DNA of 62,940 nt, counting the filler, from Octopus bimaculoides (lineage: Eukaryota): assembly GCF_001194135.2 (NCBI RefSeq). It is 5 parts of 4 records of this genome, joined end to end, with 100 filler letters (N's around TTAATTAATTAA, not from the genome) between each part and the next. Parts side by side here need not be neighbours in the genome. Positions count along the whole stretch, not along the records: positions 1 to 17,521 come from NC_068986.1; positions 17,622 to 31,382 come from NC_069004.1; 3 more parts are not named here. The stretch is one strand, 5' to 3'. The notes under the pieces were generated by a model that worked only from the letters and a program-made list of their open reading frames with translations, was not told the origin of the DNA and ran no database searches. The translations under genes and the position numbers were made by a program. Of the stretch, positions 11,460-24,030 are shown piece after piece; the first letter of the stretch is position 1, and every line of letters starts with the position of its first letter.

Positions 11460-12050
11460 GTTCCAATTGATTTCAAATTTGGTATGTGGATGTAGTTTTG
11501 TATGCTCATTATTGACATGGAGTTCATTTTCACCATAAATCAATAAATAAACAATTAATAGCTTTTAAAGTTTGCAAGTTTGGGGTAATTTTAGCCAATT
11601 GAAAGCTACAGGTGCCTGTTTTCATTGTAACAAGACAAACATTGGGAACTCTCCTATAGTTTACAACGTATGTTTATGAAAAATGAAAACTGTGTGTTTA
11701 TGAAATATTTTATTTGTTTACAATTTGTTTTTTCTACTCTTAAAAACTACAAAATGTGATGCTTACTCTTTTTTTCACATTAAATGTATATTGAATGCTT
11801 AAAACTACAAAATATGTGTTGTCTACTTGTTTTTTGATGTTTTTCGCTTATTAAATGCTTAAAACACATGTTATCATTGCAATGTTGACGTTATTGTTTT
11901 GGCATCCTACAATTGCAATTATGCACAAAATGACAGCTTCCAAATCCTGTTTTCTGACTGAGTGAAAATGATCAAACTTTAAACATCTTTAACTTTTTCA
12001 GGAACAAATGAATTAGGCCCTGAGATTCAGCATAAAAGATTAAAACTGTA
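11460..12050 (+). repeat. Unclassified non-coding interspersed repeat, copy 1
   Basis: Blocks at 11460, 11561 and 11935 match blocks at 14459, 14559 and 15600 in the same order and orientation. Confidence 0.65.
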
Positions 12051-13032
12051 ACTGATTTACCCACAGCAGTAAAAGTATATTCCTAGCATTACCCATCCTG
12101 TTATGGATACACACTAGTAAAAATGGATTGGTAGAATTATTAGAACATTTGATAAAATGCTTTAAGGTATTTGTTCAGGTTTTTATGCTTTGAGTTCAAA
12201 TCTCACAGATATTAACTTTACTTTTCATCCTTCCAGTCAAATACTGAGGATAGTTTAATTGACTAACAACATCTCTCTACCATTTCTGACATTATGCCTA
12301 TGTTAGAAATGACTAGTATTTGATGATCAACTGATTAAATTCTTAATCTTTTTTTTTCTTATCAAGACATTTAGATCAATAAAATCTTTAGTTGTTTAAA
12401 GGTATCAGGGTATTTTTACATAGATAAAACTCATTAAGATGTGTGTTGAACTCTTGACTCTGTATATTGTAAATCATTTTTTTTTTTTATTCCTATCTAG
12501 TAACCTTTAATATTCCCAGTGTTCTTTTATCTCATTATTATACAAGCACTGAAATAATTTGTTTGTCACTGCTTTTATAAAGTTAATTTATTTACATAGC
12601 TTATTGTAAATTATGTCACAGTGTCTCAAGATGGGCAGGCTGGAGAAGGTTTCCACTTTTCTTTCTACAGAAAATGGAAGGACTAAAATGGGAGTCACAT
12701 TTCTTTGTTAACAAACTGGTTCTTATTCTATTTCAAGAAGAAACAAACAGACGCAAACTTGCCTTGCCTAGAGTTTATATTTTTACAAATGTTGTTCATG
12801 CATACAAAAATGGTTCCATATTATAGGTAATTGATGAATGAGATTGTGTGGTATTTATCAATCCTGGACATCAAACTGTTTATCCGTTAATCGTTAATTA
12901 ACAAAGTTAGCATTTTCGTTAACAATTTAACTTCTAAGTTAACTTTGGAAGTCATTATTGGACTAATTAACTTCTGTTAACTCAAGTCTGCTTGAGTTAA
13001 CTTCCATTAACTCAAGTTGCTGTGACAATTTT

Positions 13033-13200
13033 TTGGTTCAAGGACTTGAAGTCCAAGGGCTTGTCTGCTGCAGCTCCTTGGTCAACACACTTTTGGCAGG
13101 CATTGACGAAAAGTTTAGGACCCTCCTGGAGGGTGTGGAATGCCAGCTGACTGCTACCTTCCACTCTAGGTTTCGTTTATTTTTTTACCCTTTTCTGGCT
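13033..13200 (+). pseudogene. Possible hAT transposase fragment
   Basis: LLAGIDEKFRTLLEGVECQLTATFHSRFRL resembles the hAT ...RF...LA(A)..HP.F motif. A GTTAAC-rich subterminal-like stretch lies just upstream (12860-13010). Weak. Confidence 0.3.
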
Positions 13201-14458
13201 CTAAAAGCCTTTAAAAACTTTTAAAAAGGGCCAAAACTATGAAATCAGCCTTTTTAAGTTTTTTAAAAGTTAAAACAATAAAATCAGCATTTTTTAACTG
13301 TAAAGCAATGGACTCCAAAATTTTGGTAAATAAGAAGTGTACTTCTTATTTACCAAAATTATCAGGGCTATGATTGTCAGCTTTGAATGATTTATAACAA
13401 AACTCTTCACTAACACCGATTGACTGTGGGTTCTTATAATTCATTCAACTTGTAGGTGGAGGTGTTGTTCAGTCCAGGTCAGTAATGATTGAGTTAACCA
13501 ATGATCAGAGGTGTTCCAGCCATGAACATCCTAGCTTTCTCTCAGTTATTGCTTATCTGTACATTGTTTTCTTCTTAAAATAGTAGTGAGATTTGAGGAA
13601 AATTTTTTAAGGCTGCTAACAGGCTGAGCGATCATGTAAAGTCTCTCTCAATTGTGAGAGTTAAGGAATATATGTGAGTTAATGGCGTGACTAGATAGTG
13701 TGTTGTCTGGGGTGGTCCTTCAGTTTGCCACCTCTTTCTCACTATGAAAATACATTTTATATGTATTAAGTGCCACTCCAAAAGTGGTGCTGCTCCAAAA
13801 AAGGTGCCACTCAGGGTGGATCTATCCAGCAGCCGCCCTATAACTAAGTTAGTGACAGAATATGGTACTGGGCTTGAAGATTTTCTACCCAAATCTACTC
13901 TCAATATTTTATCGTATATTTCAGATTTACCCCTTAATTATACATGTTTCTATTCCCCTGACTTTCAATTCATATCGCATCCACGGAGTGATTTATCTTT
14001 TATCCATGACATTGGAATTAAGTCCTTGCCTCAACCCTTAAAAGCTCTTTGAGACAGAGAAGATTAAAGTTAAATTGATATAGATATATGCTTACATCTT
14101 TTTGTCACTAAGAAGCATCTGCATAATAAGTTGTGTGTGAAGTAACCTCAAATTTCACATTGTTGCCTAAATGCTGGATGTCTAACTCCTAGGGCTAGAG
14201 CTTTAATTTACTGCTGGTTTTGCTTGTAAGAGAATCTGGTCAGGATAACACAGAACTAATAAAACTCTATACCAGTAATATATACTGCACCTAGCATGAC
14301 TACTTTTAATATTACAAGCCAACAAGGGGGCATCTACATGATCATCCAATATGCTAGAAATAACCACCAGCTCACCTGCAATTCACACCTCACCATCTTT
14401 AAAAAAAGTAAGGGGATCTTCTCTGTTTGGCTTTCACTTTTCAATTCCTTCAATTTTG

Positions 14459-15720
14459 TTCCAACTGATTTCATATTTGGTGTATTAATGTTCTTTTGTA
14501 TGCTAATTATGGAAATTAAATTCATTTTTGTTTTTAGTTTATAAATGAAAAATTAACAGCTTTCAAAGTTTGCAAATTTTTGGTAATTTTTGCCAATCAA
14601 AAGCCATAGACATATTGGTCCCTGTTTCCATAGTAAGAAGCCAAGCTGTTGTGTAGTCTGTTGAATGCCCTACAGTCTTAAGGTTATCTAGAACTACCAT
14701 AATGTAGTATGTCCTTCTTCATTTTATGATGTTAGGGTGTTCTTTGAGAGTATAATTTGGCTGCCTTTCCCAGCAGTTCGACCGTTACATGAACAGAACT
14801 ACAGTTTGTTTTCTTTTGTAATTTAACATTCTCACAACAAAATATGTACAAGTCGTCGTCGACTTACGACCACAATTGGTTCCGACTGACTGCTTTGGTC
14901 GTAAGTCAGCTTATAGGCCTACATAGCTTTGTTTTATATTTTGACATTCTCAGGTAAAAGTCACACACAGCATTCTGTATTATACTATTATACTGGCGTT
15001 AGTTTAAAATTTCAGAGTCTCAAGCAGTCATCATATAAACAAATACAAGGTTGCCTCAATATCTCTGCGACAGGATATTCATCCAACACTTGGGATAACC
15101 ACAGTAGTGATCGTTAACCAAACCTAGGGGAAGCGTCTGTTAGCTGATATCATCTGTAGACAGGTTAATTTCTATGAAATTAAGCCCACTAAATTTCAAC
15201 TGGACTATTTATTATTGCTACCAGGAGCTGGTGTGCCAATCATCATAAAGTCGATCAGTTGTAAGGAGGATAGGTCATAAGTTGATGATGACCTGTGTTG
15301 TTTACCTGAACTAAATGACTTTATTTTTATTTAACATTCACTTTGTTTTTTTTAATAATTTAACGTTCAGTTTCAGTTTCTTTTTTTTTTTAATTTAACA
15401 TTAAGTTGGGGTTTTTTCCATAATTTAGTGTTCGGTTTCAGCTTTTTTTTCTTTTTGATAATTTTTCACATTTTATGCCTGTTCCAAAATTTCACATATC
15501 TTTATTCATTAAAGCTTATTAAAACTGCCATCATTGAATGTTTTGTCATTACAATGTTGTCATCAGTCATCGTAATGTTACCATCACATACAAAATACTA
15601 GCTTCCAAATTTTGTTTCCTGACTGGGTAAAAATTATCAAACTTTAAACCTCTAACATTTTTCTAGAATTTTTCTGGAACAAGTGATTAACACCAAATTC
15701 AGCATGAAGATTACATCAAT
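14459..15720 (+). repeat. Unclassified non-coding interspersed repeat, copy 2 (interrupted by a MITE)
   Basis: Homologous blocks to 11460-12050. Confidence 0.6.
14849..15295. mobile_element. pogo/Tigger-like MITE
   Basis: Left TA|CAAGTCGTCGTCGACTTACGACC (14849-14871). The right end 15273-15295 reverse-complements to CAGGTCATCATCAACTTATGACC, differing mostly by CpG decay. Internal 12-bp IR at 14861-14872/14896-14907. Confidence 0.65.
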
Positions 15721-15772
15721 ATACTAAATTTGAAAATTTTCACTTGATTTTAAAATTTCAAAAAGTGAAGAC

Positions 15773-15868
15773 AAACAGGAAAGATCCAAGTAGGATAAAC
15801 AGGAAAGATCCAAGTAGGATAAACAGGAAAGATTCAAGTAGGATAAACAGGAAAGATCCAAGTAGGAT
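15773..15868. repeat. 24-bp minisatellite x4 (AAACAGGAAAGATCCAAGTAGGAT)
   Basis: Four contiguous copies with one substitution in copy 3. Confidence 0.95.
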
Positions 15869-16052
15869 AAGTAAGATCCTGGTTACACAATGTCAGAAAT
15901 AAAGGTAGGATAATCATAGAATAAAATTTGAGTTATACAATAGAAGCAGCTCTAGATTAAAATCTTCATCAATATGATATACTTAACGCATGAATATCAT
16001 TGAAAAGTCAGTAGGTGCAGTTGGTGTCTGGGAAAAGATCCCTTTATCAATA

Positions 16053-16913
16053 CAAGGGCTGATCAAAAAGTATCCAGACTGTTGCCATAGTAACGAAGCT
16101 AAAGTATGCAGAATAAACCTGCTTGGCACAGATTGACCTTAAATTCTGCTATGCATGTGCACTAAGTTTTAACGTTCTAGCTCACTTTCATTGTTTACAG
16201 CAGTGCTTGGAAGGAAGGGGTGTAGCATGTGGTTGTTGGATTAATCATGACAGAAAGCTGAGCAGAGAAGCTGCATCAAATTTTTGCCAAAAGCTTGGTG
16301 ATATCTACTTCGAGGACAAGGCAAAGTTTCTAAAAAGTTTTCATCGTTCTCGATACAATCAAGGATATCTTGTGCAACTGAAACCCGAGTGTCTCTTTGG
16401 TCAGCTGAAAGCAGTTTTGGCACAAACTCGGCAGACATGCGTCTCATACCCAAATCTTCAGTGATAATGGACTGAACTGAACTGTAACTAATCTGCACAT
16501 CCTCTGATAACTCATAAATAGCAATTCGATGATTTCTCCTCATTGCTGCACGCACATCTGCTATGTTTTCTCAGTTCTGCTGGTTGCAGATTTCCCAAAA
16601 TGTTCTCAGCCATCTTGGAAACGTTTGAACCACTCTACACTTGTGTGTGGCTCATACACTCCTTTCCATAAACTTTCTGTAATATTGCATAGGCCTCTGA
16701 GCAAATATCGCCATAACAACTTTCTCTGTCATGGTCAATTCTACATACCTTCCTTCCAAGCAGTGCTGTAAACAGCGGAAGTGAGCTAGAACATTAAAAC
16801 TTAGTGCGCATGCACAGCAGGCTTCAAGGTCAATCTGTGTCAAGCGTCTTTACTCTGCGTGCTTTAGCTTTGTTACTATGGCAACAGCCCGGATACTTAT
16901 TGATCAGCTCTCG
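16053..16913. mobile_element. Mariner derivative made of two inverted 5' ends, TA-flanked
   Basis: 166-bp inverted arms 16053-16218 and 16748-16913, with TA at 16051-52 and 16914-15. Transposase starts on both strands (ATG 16247 +, MTE...EQRSCIKFCQKLG; ATG 16732 -, MTEKV...EDLGMRRMSAEFVPKLLSADQ). Confidence 0.85.
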
Positions 16914-17521
16914 TATATTGTTAAAAATACATGCTTCACGGCTAGAAGTATGTAGAAACAGTGAATAAAAAATATACTTCAAAGATATCGAAAGGTTGAA
17001 ATACCTTTTATCATAGCTCTATTCAATCAGGGCTAAAAAAAAAAAGACTTTTTTAAAACCTGCCAGCACTACAAACTATCGACTTGCTAGAAATAGCAGT
17101 CAAATCTCCTTAAATATAGATAATGTACTTCAGTATAGGCTAAAGAAAATGGAACTATCATGTTATAGGATTGACCTAGGGCAGAACAACAACAATTAGC
17201 ATTAATAGTTTAGTAGAAAGTGGGTTATACATCTTTAGATTGTATACCTGACTTTCTACTATAAAATTGAAGAAATTGACGGAACGCTGAACTCCAGACT
17301 AAACAACTTAAACAACATTTATTTACTTGGTAAAGCATACATATCTTTAGTTATACATCTTTAGAGGTGAGAATAACTAGCTGTCGAGTATAAGACCGAA
17401 AGATGTAGAGACAGCTTTTAAACATACGTCCATGCTCAATCGCTGGCCAGCGTGAAAGAGAATGAATTGAGCAGGAAACGCTTGCTTTATTAATTCTACG
17501 CATGCGCAGGCGTTACTACAA

Positions 17522-17621
17522 NNNNNNNNNNNNNNNNNNNNNNNNNNNNNNNNNNNNNNNNNNNNTTAATTAATTAANNNNNNNNNNNNNNNNNNNNNNN
17601 NNNNNNNNNNNNNNNNNNNNN
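17522..17621. other. Artificial scaffold linker 44N-TTAATTAATTAA-44N
   Basis: The same 100-nt structure occurs four times; the 12-mer puts stops in all six frames. Confidence 0.97.
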
Positions 17622-17870
17622 GTATGTGTATGTATGTATGTACGTACGTATGTTCGTATATATCGTTATATGTGTATGTATGTATGTATGTATGTATGTA
17701 TGTACGTATGCTTGTGTACATGTATGTTTGTGTATGCATGTATGTATGGATGTACGTATGTATGAATGCATATATGTGTAGTGTAATGGGGGTGGGCAAT
17801 ACAAATAAAGCTGCATACGTAATTCCATAGTATTTACTTACGTAATTCCATAGTATTTACTTACGTAAAT
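17622..17870. repeat. (TATG)n microsatellite followed by a 23-bp tandem duplication (17816-17868)
   Basis: TACGTAATTCCATAGTATTTACT x2.3, directly visible. Confidence 0.9.
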
Positions 17871-18370
17871 AAGTAAGCCATTTCGGAACTGACTCCTTCG
17901 TTTTGTTTTTGTTTTTGCTCACTTTTCTTCTTTTTTTTTTTTTTTTCCTTTTTCTGTTCACTGAATATGAAGCTTTCTCTTTCGCCTTTTTCACTGTACA
18001 ACATTTACTCACGATGTTCGAAATACAGTTTGCTCACCGAAGACTGTGCAACATGTATTAGATGTTCTTTTAGAGAGAGCGAGAGAGGATGAGATATGTA
18101 GAATAGTACAATGTAATAAATTTACCTCCTCGTGAAAATCCAACCAGCAAAAACGTAAATACTTCCTTTCATTGCACACCATTTATATTTATTATATTTT
18201 ATACTACCCGAATTATTTTATTATTTCCTATTGTGATAAGCATTCGTGTCGAAACACTAGGCTGATGGTCACGAATCATTTCATACAGAGATAACGGTGT
18301 GTCTCAGCGATCTTGAATCATTTATATAGACATGCACATATGTGAGTGTCTCTGCATGTTTGTACATATG

Positions 18371-18474
<104 letters not shown>

Positions 18475-18873
18475 TACTTACGTCTCCTTTTTGTTGTTGT
18501 TATGTTTCTATATTGCTGTGTCTCTGTACATTCCTTATGTTTGACGTGGTTTAAGGTAATCAACTGCAATATTAAACATTGGTTCCTACAAATATCTTTT
18601 GTTCTGTCTTTGGTAAACAAATATATGAGACAGGGGGATGTTATTTTCTTGTAAAGAATAGCCATTTCCATAATCAGTAGAAAGGCATCTGTGTACTTAA
18701 TTACATCTGTTAATTAACAAATTCAAATTAATTTTCTCCATTCAGTAATTCTGATGAATGCTTTATATGTACGTATATATGCATATTTGTATATTATTAT
18801 ATGAACATAAGTGCGTGAATCCAAATGCAACACGTGTGTGCGTGTGTATGTATGTATGCGTGTGTGTGTGTGT

Positions 18874-18960
18874 GTGGTTAGTGATAAGAGCGTCGGGCTC
18901 ACAATCATGAGGTAGTGAGTTCGATTCCAGGCCCGGGCTGCGTGTTGTGTTCTTGACTAG
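18874..18960 (+). mobile_element. tRNA-derived SINE head (family D)
   Basis: B box GAGTTCGATTCC at ~18917 followed by GTGTTGTGTTCTTG; no tRNA acceptor stem. Confidence 0.6.
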
Positions 18961-19322
18961 TATCGAACACAAAAGGATGAAAGGTAAATTTGATCTCCGT
19001 AGATTTTGAGCTCAGGAAGTAGAGCCGGAGGAAATGGTTCTAATAATGTTGTCCGGCGCGCTAAAGATTATGCCGGTTCGCCCAGTAATAAGGGCATAAA
19101 AGAAACATGCCATGAGTAAATGGTAACAGCAAACAAATTTTAGGGGAAGGGGGCCAGTCGATTAAATCGATCCCAGTACGCAACTGGTATTTAATTTATC
19201 GACTCCGAAAGGATGAAAGGCAAAGTCGACCTCGGCGGAATGTGAGCTCAGAGCATGAAGACAGACGAAATCCCGTTAAGCATTTCGCCCAGCGTGCTAA
19301 CGATTCTGCCAGATCGCCGCCT
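18961..19322 (-). mobile_element. Two tandem SINE family B copies (18961-19083, 19135-19322)
   Basis: Reverse complements of GGCGGCGAGCTGGCAGAATCGTTAGCACGC...CTTTGCCTTTCATCCTTTCGG...TACCAGT. Confidence 0.82.
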
Positions 19323-20107
19323 TAATCGTAAAAACTATATTGTTCCCCATTAGAAGTCGAACTGTTAGAGAAAAACCCTTCAAGCCAACCTTGGCTGCAG
19401 TCCAATGACTGAAACAAGGAAAGGATAAAATATATGTTTGAAAATAAAAGCCCTGGTTGTCATTTGTGGAACGTCTGTAGCTATTGGTCTGCTTGATCAG
19501 TAGTCTCTTAAGGATAAAGAGGAATATTCCAAGAGATCTCCCTCTTTCCACTCTTTTTTCTGTCTGGTGCTGATGCTTGTTATCAAGATATATTAAACAG
19601 AACTGGATGCGAATAAAAAAAGACTACGATACATCAATTAACGGTCAATTGCATAATCTCGAGTTGTATAACGACAACGGTGAACAAAAAACATTGCTAC
19701 ACTCTGTAGGCGGATTTACAGAAGAAAATATGAGATTCGACTGAGAAAACTGCGATAAAGCGATTTCGAAGAGAAGAAAATTAAAAGCAACGGATTTTAT
19801 AAACTACAACTGTGATAAGCGATAATACTAAATACAAGCAAAGAAGTAATTAGTAGTCAATGAAGTAGAGAGAGTGCAACAGCCACAAGTTTAAGAAAAT
19901 CTTATAAAGGAATATAATAGACTCATTAAATTAATACTTGAAATCGAACTGAATGAAAAATATATAGAAAAAAAAGAGTTAATACTTTAACTGATAATGT
20001 AATGAGTTCGAGCTTTGATATTCTCAGTTTCAGGAAAACGTGGAAAATAATGACTACGTTTAGGATATACCGCCCCAAGTCTTACATTGAAAGAATCTGT
20101 TCTATTC

Positions 20108-20310
20108 TAGGCACAAGCCCCGAAATTTTTGGGAAGGATTCGCAGTCGATTAGATCGACTCCAGTGCGCATCTGGTACTTAATTTATCCACCCCGAAAGG
20201 ATGAAAGGCAAGGTCGACCTCGGCGGAATTTGAACTCAGAACGTAGCAGCAGACGAAATACCGCGTAGCATTTCGCCCGGCGTGCTAACGTTTCTGCCGG
20301 CTCACCGCCT
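20108..20310 (-). mobile_element. SINE family B
   Basis: Head with B box GAGTTCAAATTCC on the minus strand and the shared body. Confidence 0.88.
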
Positions 20311-20365
20311 TCTTACGTAGAAAAAATGTATTTACTATGAATGCAAGATCGTAGGAGTGGTATAC

Positions 20366-20523
20366 AACTTCTTTCAGTTTCCGTCTACTAAATCCACTCA
20401 CGAGACTTTGGTCAGCTTGAGGCTATAGTAGAAGACACTTGACCAAGGTGCCAGGCAGTAAGACTGAACCCGAAACAATGTGATTGGGAAGCAAACTTCT
20501 TACCCACACAGCTATTCCTGCAC
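20366..20523 (-). mobile_element. SINE family A, 5' half
   Basis: CTTCTTTCAGTTTCCGTCTAC...GAGGCTATAGTAGAAGACACTTG shared with the copies at 29824 and 60115. Confidence 0.85.
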
Positions 20524-21152
20524 CTCTTCAAAAGAAATCCAACACACACTTCCCAGGTAAACAATTTTTGGGTTTTATACTTGCCTGTGTAATCGAACTT
20601 CACTGTGAATAATGAATGAATGCAGTTCTCATAAATGTTCAAGATTTACAGCTAAGATATTTCGAAATTTTGTGTCTCTGACACTCATCTACGTCACGTC
20701 AGAATCGCCCTATATTATTATCTCCTAAAACTGATACATTTCCAATATTTATAACTGAATGAAATAGAAATATTAATTTTTAATTTCTTTTTTTTTCTTT
20801 TTTTTTTCTTTTTCATGATCGGATCAAAATTTTATGAATCTTATTGTAAACACGCAACAGGGACTTTTTTAAAAATATTTTTGATAAATATATTTTTTTT
20901 CTAATATTCCCAAAGATGAATTTTTCTTCTTTTGTTTTGTTTAGTTGTTTTTCTTCCCTAAAAACGATACATATATTGAAATTTTAAATTGGAATTTAAG
21001 CCTTGTTTACAATTGACTTGAAGCATTATAAATTTCATTTACACGATGCAAAGTAAACCGATTTCTTTTCTTTTTTTTTTATTTATTCATTAACTTTTTT
21101 CGTTCAACCAATTCCAAGAAAAGTTTTTAAATGGCTGAATAATAATAATAAC

Positions 21153-21213
<61 letters not shown>

Positions 21214-21587
21214 GGCACAAGGCCTGGNNNNNNNNNNNNNNNNNNNNNNNNNNNNNNNNNNNNNNNNNNNNNNNNNNNNNNNNNNNNNNNNNNNNNNNNN
21301 NNNNNNNNNNNNNNNNNNNNNNNNNNNNNNNNNNNNNNNNNNNNNNNNNNNNNNNNNNNNNNNNNNNNNNNNNNNNNNNNNNNNNNNNNNNNNNNNNNNN
21401 NNNNNNNNNNNNNNNNNNNNNNNNNNNNNNNNNNNNNNNNNNNNNNNNNNNNNNNNNNNNNNNNNNNNNNNNNNNNNNNNNNNNNNNNNNNNNNNNNNNN
21501 NNNNNNNNNNNNNNNNNNNNNNNNNNNNNNNNNNNNNNNNNNNNNNNNNNNNNNNNNNNNNNNNNNNNNNNNNATAATAATAATAAC

Positions 21588-21647
<60 letters not shown>

Positions 21648-21648
<1 letters not shown>

Positions 21649-21843
21649 GGCACAAGGCCTGGATTTTGTAGGGAGGAGTAAGTCAATAACATCGACCCCA
21701 GTACTCAACTGGTACTTAATTTTATCGACCTCGGAAGGATGAGAGGCAAAGTCAACCTCGGCGCAATTCCAACTCAAAACGTAAAGACGGCCGAAATACT
21801 GCTGTCCATTTTGCCCGGCGTGCTAACGATTCGACTATCTCGC
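21648..21843 (-). mobile_element. SINE family B ending in an (ATT)n tract
   Basis: The tail GGCCTTGTGCCT directly abuts the (AAT)n tract at 21574-21647. Confidence 0.85.
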
Positions 21844-21867
21844 AGGAATTCTTTGAGGTTTGAATAA

Positions 21868-22154
21868 TTCACCTCAAGGAACATTGATGTTTTGTTCATC
21901 GTCCTTAAACAACCCTTATTCAGGGACTTTTTGAGCGTGATGAACTACTCAACCTGAATAAAATTCTAGCTGGACCCCACCTGCAAGGTCATGCGTTGTT
22001 TATCTTGATATGAGATCACCATGTCGTGCACATATGATTGTGGTGCATGTGCCTGGTGTACACTTATCAGACAGGTAGTCATAATTGGTATATACTGGGC
22101 TTCGTGTATTTTACATCACTGTCACTTCGATGGCATGCACTGCTCTCTCACTCA

Positions 22155-22155
<1 letters not shown>
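21868..22155 (+). mobile_element. Probable SINE/LINE 3' tail (family G) ending in (AAT)n
   Basis: Ends GGCATGCACTGCTCTCTCACTCA followed by (TAA)n. Recognised from memory as a common octopus repeat; only one copy in this window. Confidence 0.45.
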
Positions 22156-22216
<61 letters not shown>

Positions 22217-22325
22217 TAGAGGTAGAGATAGAGAAATTAAGGCAAATAGACCAGATATAGTTGTCAAAGATCATGAAGAAAAAAAATGCTTTCTAATTGA
22301 TGTATCAATATCAGTAGATGACAAC
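22217..22325 (+). mobile_element. 5'-truncated R4/Dong-like LINE fragment (RLE domain) within (TAA)n
   Basis: REIKANRPDIVVKDHEEKKCFLIDVSISVDDN follows the tract at 22157-22216. A further (AAT)n tract follows the gap. Confidence 0.82.
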
Positions 22326-22443
22326 NNNNNNNNNNNNNNNNNNNNNNNNNNNNNNNNNNNNNNNNNNNNNNNNNNNNNNNNNNNNNNNNNNNNNNNNNNN
22401 NNNNNNNNNNNNNNNNNNTATAAAAATAAAACTATTGAACAAC

Positions 22444-22505
<62 letters not shown>

Positions 22506-22677
22506 TAATAATCTAGATATAAATTCAGCTGAAAATAATACATCAACGGAAAGAAGTGGGAAAGAAGTAACTGGTCACATGATGCTAAATCGACACCGTC
22601 GGGAATTTACAATGTTGTCATTTGGCCGATCGTCTACGTGACATAAATCAATTACGTTATGGCGGACTTTTAAGTCG

Positions 22678-23060
22678 AAACAACAACGACGACGACGACG
22701 ACGAGAAACAGAACGGTAAGAAAAACAACATCAAAAATAATGGCAGCAAGGAGAATGGAAAGAAGAAGAAGAAGAAGAAGAAGAAGAAGAAGAAGAAGAA
22801 GAAGAAGAAGAAGAAGAAGAAGAAGAAAGGAAGATAATGGAGAAAAGAAGGAGAAAATCAAAATATATGGAAGAAGGGTAGGAAAAGAAGAAAAAAGAAC
22901 GGTTGGAGGAAAAAAAATGAAGAGGGTAGTAGTAGGAGGAGGAGAAGGAGAAGAAGGAGAAGAAGAAGGTAATGAAGAAGAAGAAGAAGAAGAAGAAGAA
23001 GAAGAAGAAGAAGAAGAAGAAGAAGAAGAACAACAACAACAACAACAACAACAACAACTG
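22678..23060. repeat. Compound (AAC/GAC)n and (AAG)n microsatellites
   Basis: Directly visible; accounts for the poly-K/R/E/S ORFs. Confidence 0.95.
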
Positions 23061-23459
23061 CAAAACAAGAGAGAGGATAAATCAACAGCCAGAAAAAGGT
23101 GGGGAAGGAAAAGAAGAAAAAAGCAGGAAAAGGAAAAAGAATGAAAAGAAATCGAATTAAATTAAATTAAGTTAAATGTAGTTGTCTGATTATGAAGGAT
23201 GGGCGACATTTAGAAAGGACATTCCACATTGGTAAAATGTGGACGATACAACATTGCTTATATGAAATGTCGAGATATAGACACACACACATACATATAT
23301 ATGTATATACATTTATATATTTTTATTTATTCATACATAGATATATACATACATATATATATGTGTATATATGTATATGTAACTAATTGAATTCATTGTG
23401 TGATTTTCTGTACATTGCATACAATTTCTTTTGAACTACAAATATATATGCAGGTACAT

Positions 23460-23465
23460 ATATAA

Positions 23466-23512
<47 letters not shown>

Positions 23513-23522
23513 CGTATGTATG

Positions 23523-23569
<47 letters not shown>

Positions 23570-24030
23570 TTATATACATAAATATATATATACATATATA
23601 TATATATGTATATAAATGTGTATATATATATGTATATAAATGTGTATATATATATATGCATATACATATATATATGCACGTATATATGTATATATATGCA
23701 TGTATATATATAAATATATATATATACATATATATATATATAAATATATACATATATACATATGTGTATGAATGTATGTATATACATATATGCATATAAA
23801 TATATACATATATGAAGGTATGTGCGTATATGTCTATATGTGTATACATACGTGCATGCATACATGCATACATATATACGTTCATACATACAAACAAAGA
23901 AAAATACCCTGTTGATGTTGAAATTCCAATGAAGGAGCCTTGGAGCTAGATTAGAAACCAGTTCTTTCCTTATTGGCAAGAAATCTTCAAATAAAACTGG
24001 ACAATAACATACATACATACATACATACAA
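23460..24030. repeat. (GT)n/(AT)n/(ATAC)n compound microsatellite field
   Basis: Directly visible. Confidence 0.95.

Noticed and set aside
13680-13860. Possible small hAT-type MITE (TGGCGTGACTAG... / ...GCCACTCAGGGTGG)
   Set aside because: The ends are too degenerate to pair and there is no TSD. The overlapping 102-aa ORF at 13744 has no recognisable motif.
15773-15868. CRISPR-like repeat array
   Set aside because: The units are contiguous with no spacers, the context is eukaryotic, and there are no cas genes. It is a minisatellite.
21138-21662. Apparent direct duplication of (AAT)n-AGGCACAAGGCCTGG on both sides of a gap
   Set aside because: Identical text, including the single AAC variant, on both gap edges is typical of unmerged overlapping contig ends.
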